Below are positions 27,101-32,140 of a DNA stretch of 32,140 nucleotides, piece after piece. The position numbers and the translations under genes were made by a program. Position 1 is the stretch's first letter, and every line of letters starts with the position of its first letter. Below the pieces are notes generated by a model. That model did not search any database and was not told the DNA's origin. It worked only from the letters and a program-made list of their open reading frames with translations. The DNA comes from a virus (lineage: Duplodnaviria; Caudoviricetes), in the IMG/VR virus record IMGVR_UViG_3300028923_000004, positions 1-32,140 of that record; one strand, 5' to 3'.

Positions 27101-27716
27101 TGTTGTCTATCCTTTCATTCCATCCTTCACCTTCTAAAATCCTTTTCGCATTACGGTATTTCTTCTGTGAGGGAAGATCAGTAACCTTTGTCAAAGTGAA
27201 TAGATCTTTATAGAGTTCATCCATTACCTGCACAAGATCAGTTTTTGAAACAAACTCTTTTGCCAGTTCGGGTTTATCAAAACGTTCAGCAATATTTTTC
27301 TTTAGATCAGATCGGGAAAGCGCAATAGCGTCATTCAAGAGTTCATCAACGTTGCTTGAGGTAACATAAGGTCTAATTACCTCAAGTTTAGAAATATCAG
27401 CTTCCAAAAGTCCAACCGGTTGGACTTTCAACTCAAGAATGAACCGCTGATATATAGAGATCATCATAAATGCTGCTGATCTACTGAAACTCAATTCCGG
27501 GGAAGCAAGATAGCTTTCAAAAGTATCATATCCAAGAAGCCTATATTGCTGGTTTTTCTTGATCTCATATAGAACTTCGCCCGTATAGATCGATATTTTT
27601 TGTGCTTCACTCTTGAGATTGACCAATCTTGAATGATTGGCATAGGCGCGGTCGTACTCCGCGCCATTTTCTAAAACTTCAACAGTAGTTATTCCCTGTA
27701 AGGAAGATAAAGCCAT
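27087..27716 (-). CDS. Hypothetical phage protein (DUF3102-like helical)
   Basis: GEVLYEIK....Y..LGYDTFESYL....SRS.A pattern. Confidence 0.55.
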   Translation of the reverse strand: MALSSLQGITTVEVLENGAEYDRAYANHSRLVNLKSEAQKISIYTGEVLYEIKKNQQYRLLGYDTFESYLASPELSFSRSAAFMMISIYQRFILELKVQPVGLLEADISKLEVIRPYVTSSNVDELLNDAIALSRSDLKKNIAERFDKPELAKEFVSKTDLVQVMDELYKDLFTLTKVTDLPSQKKYRNAKRILEGEGWNERIDNIDKE

Positions 27717-27730
27717 TGTTTATAATCTTT

Positions 27731-28129
27731 CTAGTCGCAATTCAATCCAGAAAAATCATTACGAGGATCATCGTCATAATCTTCTTGCTGCTTCTTAGGT
27801 GAAGATAAGAAAAGAACATTGCTGGCGATCACACGGTTTTGTGCCTGTGGTTGCCCTGTTTCTTTACTAGTCCAAACACCTGGTTCCGCAAGTTCGCCCT
27901 CAACCAGTACCTTACTTCCCTTATCAAGATATTGATTGCAGTTTTCAGCCATCTTGCCCCAACACGATACCTGTATCCATGTTGTTCTTGACTTCTTTTC
28001 TCCATCCTGACCCTTCCAGGTCTTCGTTACTGCCACGTCGAAAGAGGTTACAGCCTTACCATCAGGCGTATATCTCATTTCAGGCGCTTTCCCAAGATTA
28101 CCTACTAGTACAATTTTTTGATAACTCAT
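27731..28129 (-). CDS. ssb: Single-stranded DNA-binding protein
   Basis: LVGNLGKAPEMRYTPDG, TTWIQVSCWGKMAE....YL.KGSKVLVEG.L, acidic tail. Confidence 0.95.
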   Translation of the reverse strand: MSYQKIVLVGNLGKAPEMRYTPDGKAVTSFDVAVTKTWKGQDGEKKSRTTWIQVSCWGKMAENCNQYLDKGSKVLVEGELAEPGVWTSKETGQPQAQNRVIASNVLFLSSPKKQQEDYDDDPRNDFSGLNCD

Positions 28130-28132
28130 TTT

Positions 28133-28516
28133 TTATTCCTTTCCTTTTTCTTTTTGTTCTTTTTCATAAATTCTTACAATGTTGTATTTCTCGATAAAAC
28201 TAATAATTCTTTTCTCTGGAAAACTTGCTATCTCGCAAAGCAGGTAAAACCATTCCTTGTCTTTTCCGGTAAAGAAGGTCATTGCTGATTTTGCTTTTAT
28301 ATATTTCTCATAATTGACCCTAATCTTCACAACATCAGCAATAGTCAAGTTCTTTACCATTTTCATCTTTCGCTGTTTTATTCCAATCGCGTCTGCCATG
28401 GCTTGAACTATTACTTCTTGGCATATTCTCCGGTAACCAGCTTCAAGCGGGTCAATTACCTTTGCCCCTGAAACCTTTATTGCAGTATTGTTCTCGTGTA
28501 TATCTGTAAAGATCAT
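28133..28516 (-). CDS. Hypothetical protein
   Basis: 127 aa, basic, in replication module. Confidence 0.65.
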   Translation of the reverse strand: MIFTDIHENNTAIKVSGAKVIDPLEAGYRRICQEVIVQAMADAIGIKQRKMKMVKNLTIADVVKIRVNYEKYIKAKSAMTFFTGKDKEWFYLLCEIASFPEKRIISFIEKYNIVRIYEKEQKEKGKE

Positions 28517-28520
28517 TTCA

Positions 28521-29261
28521 TTATTTCCTTATGAATTTCCCATACTTCCCATTTGTATATTGGTGAACATCTAATTCATTCTTAATCTCTTTTTCTTTTG
28601 CCCTAAGCGCAACTGAAAAAGTACAAGAAACTGCATTCTCTGGAGATTTTGGTAACTGCAAATCCTTGGCTAATAATTCTTTGAAGGCTGTTTCCATATC
28701 AGATGGGGAAGCATTGAATTCAAGGAACTTCTTGAACCTATTAGGTTCAAACTCTTTTTGCGTGAACTTTTTAAATATCTCTGAAAAGCCCTCTAATAAG
28801 TGGTAGTCGCTGACGCTGAAATTAACTTCTTCATCTGCGTCTTTTTCTTTTTCTTTATCTTCTTCTTTATCTTTATCTATATCTTTATCTATGCAACAAT
28901 TCGTTTCGCTTGTGTTACTGTAATAATTCACTTTTCGTTGCCTTTGGCGAAACCGTTGAGTACGTTCCGTTGCAGTCATAGCCCCTTGTCTGTCCTGCCA
29001 CTTAGTAATATAGTAAGTACCTTCCTCATCCCTTGAGATAATTCCAACCTTTTCAATTACATCAAGGTCATCCTGTAATCCTTCGGGAAACCTAAGCCTG
29101 AATTCAATATCTTCCATTGGTGGTAAAAAGCCATCCTGCTCATAATCACCAGCCAAGAGAAATAACTCAATAACCCTTCGATATTGGCGATCTGTAAGCC
29201 TTCCCACTTTCGGGTCGTCAAGCATTTCATGGTAAAGTTTTATCCAGTAGTTTGAAGCCAT
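28521..29261 (-). CDS. Replisome organizer / replication initiator
   Basis: WIKLYHEMLDDPKV, ITKWQDRQ, ERTQRFRQRQ, DKDIDKDKEEDKEKEKD linker. Confidence 0.85.
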   Translation of the reverse strand: MASNYWIKLYHEMLDDPKVGRLTDRQYRRVIELFLLAGDYEQDGFLPPMEDIEFRLRFPEGLQDDLDVIEKVGIISRDEEGTYYITKWQDRQGAMTATERTQRFRQRQRKVNYYSNTSETNCCIDKDIDKDKEEDKEKEKDADEEVNFSVSDYHLLEGFSEIFKKFTQKEFEPNRFKKFLEFNASPSDMETAFKELLAKDLQLPKSPENAVSCTFSVALRAKEKEIKNELDVHQYTNGKYGKFIRK

Positions 29262-29280
29262 ATCGTCCTATTTTCTTTCA

Positions 29281-29637
29281 TCAAAATAGGGAAGGCTGCA
29301 ATTCGTTCATAGTCTGCCATTGATAAAGAAGAAGCACTTTTTGAGGGGCATAATACCCTCTGACTATTCGAAAGCTTTTTTCCATAAAATGCTGCATACT
29401 TGAGTAATAACTAATTCCTGTTTCTTGATCGAAAATCCTTATTGTTTCAACTCCATTCTTCTGTGCTTCCGTAATAATTGCGTCGTCCCATGTCCAACCT
29501 TGGGGCTGGCGTAGCATGTGAATTGAACCTTTTACTGATTTTTTTAGAAGTTTTTTCTCTGTAACAATCTCCCCTACAATCATTCCATTTTTATAAAGAA
29601 TACCTTTAGTGTTGACTATTCTTGCGTCCATATTCAT
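29281..29637 (-). CDS. Hypothetical protein
   Basis: 118 aa, ATGA overlap with the upstream gene. Confidence 0.7.
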   Translation of the reverse strand: MNMDARIVNTKGILYKNGMIVGEIVTEKKLLKKSVKGSIHMLRQPQGWTWDDAIITEAQKNGVETIRIFDQETGISYYSSMQHFMEKSFRIVRGYYAPQKVLLLYQWQTMNELQPSLF

Positions 29638-29819
29638 TCCTTTATTTCATCTAATTGTTCGGGGTAAAAAGCGACCTTATCGTGGTACTGAATTCCTCTA
29701 TAAATAGTTTTTTTGGCAAGTGTCACTAGACACTTGCCACTTTTCACTTCTCCCATATAAATACCTAGTCCAAGGGGAGTTTTTACGGTCCGAAGTTTCT
29801 TATTCTCAATATCGATCAT
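29634..29819 (-). CDS. Hypothetical protein
   Basis: 61 aa, TAATG overlap with the upstream gene. Confidence 0.65.
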   Translation of the reverse strand: MIDIENKKLRTVKTPLGLGIYMGEVKSGKCLVTLAKKTIYRGIQYHDKVAFYPEQLDEIKE

Positions 29820-30190
29820 TAGCCAGCTTTCCGAATAGATACAGAAGGTTCACCTGTGGTCCTGAATGCCTTTTTCTCTGTATCATTGAGGTAGGCTTCA
29901 AGTGCTTTTGTATTCCATGAAGTATGACCACCTGAATACACAGCCTGGAAAGCCCCGCCCTTTACGCTCTTGCCTAAGTTCTTTACTTCGTTGATGATCT
30001 CATTTTTTATTGTTGTGATCTGTTCCTCAAGGGCAGCTTCCGGACCACGGAATTCATCGTCAATATCTTGCAGGGCTTGTTTGATCTCAGGAGTAAGAAC
30101 ACTATTTCTTAATTCTTCCTTCTTCATCCTGATAACATCACTTTGAGCCTGTAGTTCAGTATATTTTTCTAATTTCTCACTCGTATTCAT
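29819..30190 (-). CDS. Gp157/Gam-like coiled-coil protein
   Basis: Coiled-coil N-terminus, SWNTKALE and GEPSVSIR C-terminus; next to Sak4-like ATPase. Confidence 0.5.
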   Translation of the reverse strand: MNTSEKLEKYTELQAQSDVIRMKKEELRNSVLTPEIKQALQDIDDEFRGPEAALEEQITTIKNEIINEVKNLGKSVKGGAFQAVYSGGHTSWNTKALEAYLNDTEKKAFRTTGEPSVSIRKAG

Positions 30191-30213
30191 TTCTTAAACT
30201 CCGTTTTGTTTTT

Positions 30214-30237
30214 GGGGCTGGTAGGTCTGCCAGCCCC
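30214..30237. other. Intergenic GC-rich hairpin
   Basis: GGGGCTGG-N8-CCAGCCCC; followed by A-run, not U-run, on the coding strand. Confidence 0.65.
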
Positions 30238-30250
30238 TTTATCAAGAACC

Positions 30251-31387
30251 CTAGTAAACAAATGTTTTTAGGGTTTTATCAGCTTTTGCCTTTGCTTCTT
30301 CTTTGTTTAATCCCTCTGAGTGCCTGGCATTTGTATAGGTCGTGCACCATATATTGATCGCATTCCAGCTTGCATTTTGGTCAAGGTTTGATAAGTTCAG
30401 CATATTGATCGCATGAGCAGGGTTATCAGCAAACCCCTCTTTTATTACACGATCAATAATATCTGCCCGCCAGCTTGCTGATCTCTGTGCTGGTTGGGTT
30501 AGTTGATCTGTGCGTTCTTCTTGTTTTGGTAAAGGTGAGCCATTTCCCCGGGAACTTTCACCTAATCGACCTTGCCCGGCATTACTTCTTTGATCTTGCG
30601 TAACACGAGTATTATTCGTTCTTGCTGGTTGGCTGGCATTATCAAACCGTTGAACATTCTCACTATAAGAAGTTTGCACTTTTTCACCTGAACCTAGCCA
30701 GTTTGTGAAAATATCAAAAAACTCTTTTTCGGGTCTATTTACTACTGCAGTGTCTGCTAAGAGGTAACAGCGGGTCTTTGAGATAGTGAGATTGTGGTTT
30801 ACATCTATATCAGCCACAACATCGAACTCATATTCCATACCCTGGCGTTGAATAGGCGCAAGCCCAACCTTACGGATGATTGTTTGCCCCTTGCTATCTT
30901 TTTCGATTGCGTATTCCATCTTTGACCGCATGGTCGCAATGACATGAAGATCAGATTGAAGGATGGTTTCAACAAGTTTGTTGTGTAGTGGGGTTACATC
31001 CCGCCAGGCTGTATATGAATTGCCTGATTTTGATTGAGCAGTAGCCTGATCATGTAGATCTAAAACACCACCTGAACCTTCCCATGCGTGGGATAGACTA
31101 TCAATAATAAGAACTGCATAGCCCTGGGCTTCTGCTGCCTTGATTACCTTTACATAGTTTGAGGGGTTGAAATTATTAATAATCACATGGTCGAATTCAA
31201 ACTGATCTGCATAAAGGGCAGCTTTACCATGCTCAGTATCAAGAACTGCAATTTTCCCGCCATTGGCGAGTGATTGAGCAGCCACAAGAGCAGTATAGGT
31301 TTTACCCGACCCTGCTGGACCATCAAAGGCTAATCGCGCTTTTAATTGGGTTTTCGTTGCTTTTTTGAAAATAACTTCATTTGACAT
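30251..31387 (-). CDS. AAA_24 / Sak4-like recombination ATPase
   Basis: GPAGSGKT, DTE, LIIDSLSHAW, HVIATMRSK, YEFD, KTR; polar linker and small C-terminal domain. Confidence 0.88.
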   Translation of the reverse strand: MSNEVIFKKATKTQLKARLAFDGPAGSGKTYTALVAAQSLANGGKIAVLDTEHGKAALYADQFEFDHVIINNFNPSNYVKVIKAAEAQGYAVLIIDSLSHAWEGSGGVLDLHDQATAQSKSGNSYTAWRDVTPLHNKLVETILQSDLHVIATMRSKMEYAIEKDSKGQTIIRKVGLAPIQRQGMEYEFDVVADIDVNHNLTISKTRCYLLADTAVVNRPEKEFFDIFTNWLGSGEKVQTSYSENVQRFDNASQPARTNNTRVTQDQRSNAGQGRLGESSRGNGSPLPKQEERTDQLTQPAQRSASWRADIIDRVIKEGFADNPAHAINMLNLSNLDQNASWNAINIWCTTYTNARHSEGLNKEEAKAKADKTLKTFVY

Positions 31388-31425
31388 TAGTTTTTACTCC
31401 GTTTCTTTTATTTATTTTTTTTGAT

Positions 31426-31674
31426 CTAATTGGTTGGTATTTTTTCGAGTTCGTTTAATAATTCATTTCCTCCAATCTCCGTTGGTTGTATTTTCGCCCC
31501 CGCGGCTATCAGCCAAAGCAAACCAGTATTGAATGAGTTTTGCGCTTGAAAAAGTACACTCTTGTTATTTGTCTGAATTGCTTCGTTCATCTGTCTCATT
31601 CCTTTGTATATCCAGTCAGCTGCTTGATCTCTTTGCCTTCCTGCAGCGTAGGGCATGTCTGCTCTTTTAGTCAT
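31426..31674 (-). CDS. Hypothetical early protein
   Basis: 82 aa, GGAG SD. Confidence 0.7.
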   Translation of the reverse strand: MTKRADMPYAAGRQRDQAADWIYKGMRQMNEAIQTNNKSVLFQAQNSFNTGLLWLIAAGAKIQPTEIGGNELLNELEKIPTN

Positions 31675-31691
31675 GCCTTTTTCTCCGTTTA

Positions 31692-31734
31692 CTTACCTCT
31701 TTATTCCCTTTTGCTTACCTTTTACATTCCCTTT
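31692..31734. repeat. Imperfect tandem direct repeat, 22-bp period
   Basis: CTTACCTctttATTCCCTTT (31692-31711) and CTTACCTtttacATTCCCTTT (31714-31734). Confidence 0.6.
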
Positions 31735-31787
31735 AATCAAAAAAGCTTTTTCCAGAAGAAAATATCTTCATGAGAAAAAACTTTTAT

Positions 31788-32030
31788 CTAAAAAGGAACT
31801 TTGAAATCCTCAATAGTCATTTCAATAGGTTCTTCGGGTCGTTCTATCCCACACATCGGGCAAACAACCTTTTCTTCAATGTCGTCCCAAACTTCCCCAC
31901 CATCAAAATGAAGTCCACCGGAATACTCAACAATGTAAGGAACTTCACACTTTGGGCACATTACCTGATGGTTGAGCAGAACCTTGCCATCAACCCCTTT
32001 TACTGCCATGATTACTTTTTCTTTTTCCAT
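31788..32030 (-). CDS. Acidic Zn-ribbon early protein
   Basis: CPKC...CPMC; GGAG SD; first gene after the promoter. Confidence 0.75.
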   Translation of the reverse strand: MEKEKVIMAVKGVDGKVLLNHQVMCPKCEVPYIVEYSGGLHFDGGEVWDDIEEKVVCPMCGIERPEEPIEMTIEDFKVPF

Positions 32031-32083
32031 TTACTTACTCCGTTTATTATTTGCTGGTTATTTTTTGTTGCCAGCTGTTAATT

Positions 32084-32122
32084 ATTATAGTGCTTTTTTA
32101 GAAAAAGTAAACCCCTGTTTAC
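32084..32122 (-). promoter_or_regulatory. Early sigma70-type promoter with overlapping palindromic operator
   Basis: TTTACT (32111-32106), 16-nt spacer, TATAAT (32089-32084); palindrome GTAAAC-ccct-GTTTAC (32107-32122) overlaps the -35. Confidence 0.65.
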
Positions 32123-32140
32123 ACATTATTACCCGCAGTC

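Larger units (their letters stand above)
1..32140 (-). mobile_element. Tailed bacteriophage (siphovirus-like) genome segment, partial
   Basis: Co-oriented terminase, portal, capsid, connector, tail tube, tape measure, lysin and replication genes in canonical order; no host housekeeping genes; left ORF runs off the window. Confidence 0.97.

Noticed and set aside
28838-28892. GATAAA-type repeats in the replisome organizer as origin iterons
   Set aside because: Fully explained by the low-complexity D/K/E linker; origin function is plausible but unsupported here.
58-32081. Plus-strand ORFs in the ORF track
   Set aside because: All are short, antisense to convincing minus-strand genes, and lack recognisable motifs; treated as shadow ORFs.
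1-32140. Genome-wide stop-codon reassignment
   Set aside because: TGA, TAG and TAA all end well-defined genes (ATGA overlaps, TAG at 8238) and long genes are intact under the standard code; only one internal TGA was found.
1-32140. tRNA, rRNA, CRISPR array, integrase, tail sheath
   Set aside because: None seen; intergenic gaps are short and accounted for, with no cloverleaf or repeat-spacer pattern found by eye.

Overview
The whole 32.1-kb window is the bulk of a tailed dsDNA phage (siphovirus-like, HK97-type head), with essentially every real gene on the minus strand. Right to left: early promoter; recombination/replication genes (Sak4-like AAA ATPase, Gp157-like, replisome organizer, SSB, PD-(D/E)XK nuclease); accessory genes (RtcB RNA ligase, Lar-like, many small Zn-ribbon proteins, an unannotated 54-aa acidic protein); then a late region (LL-H-type holin, ParB-N, C5-methylase, TerS, TerL, portal, MuF-like, protease-capsid fusion, connector, tail terminator, three glycosylation-type enzymes, tail tube, -1 frameshift chaperones, tape measure, tail-tip genes, GH25 lysin, metallophosphoesterase). 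No integrase, repressor, tRNA or CRISPR array is visible. Two things stand out. (1) A ~95-nt structured leader (extended -10, AACTGAATA, a covarying hairpin, an 18-nt identical block and an intrinsic terminator) occurs twice, in front of the late operon and in front of the capsid gene, suggesting an attenuation/antitermination switch; a Com-like Zn-ribbon gene lies just upstream of the first copy. (2) A GT-A + DUF115/Maf-like + GT2 cassette is embedded between the tail terminator and tail tube, suggesting virion glycosylation. Several genes are broken by clustered indels that look like consensus errors. All family calls are from motif recognition by eye; no searches were run. A Chloroflexota (Anaerolineae-like) host is a tentative inference.
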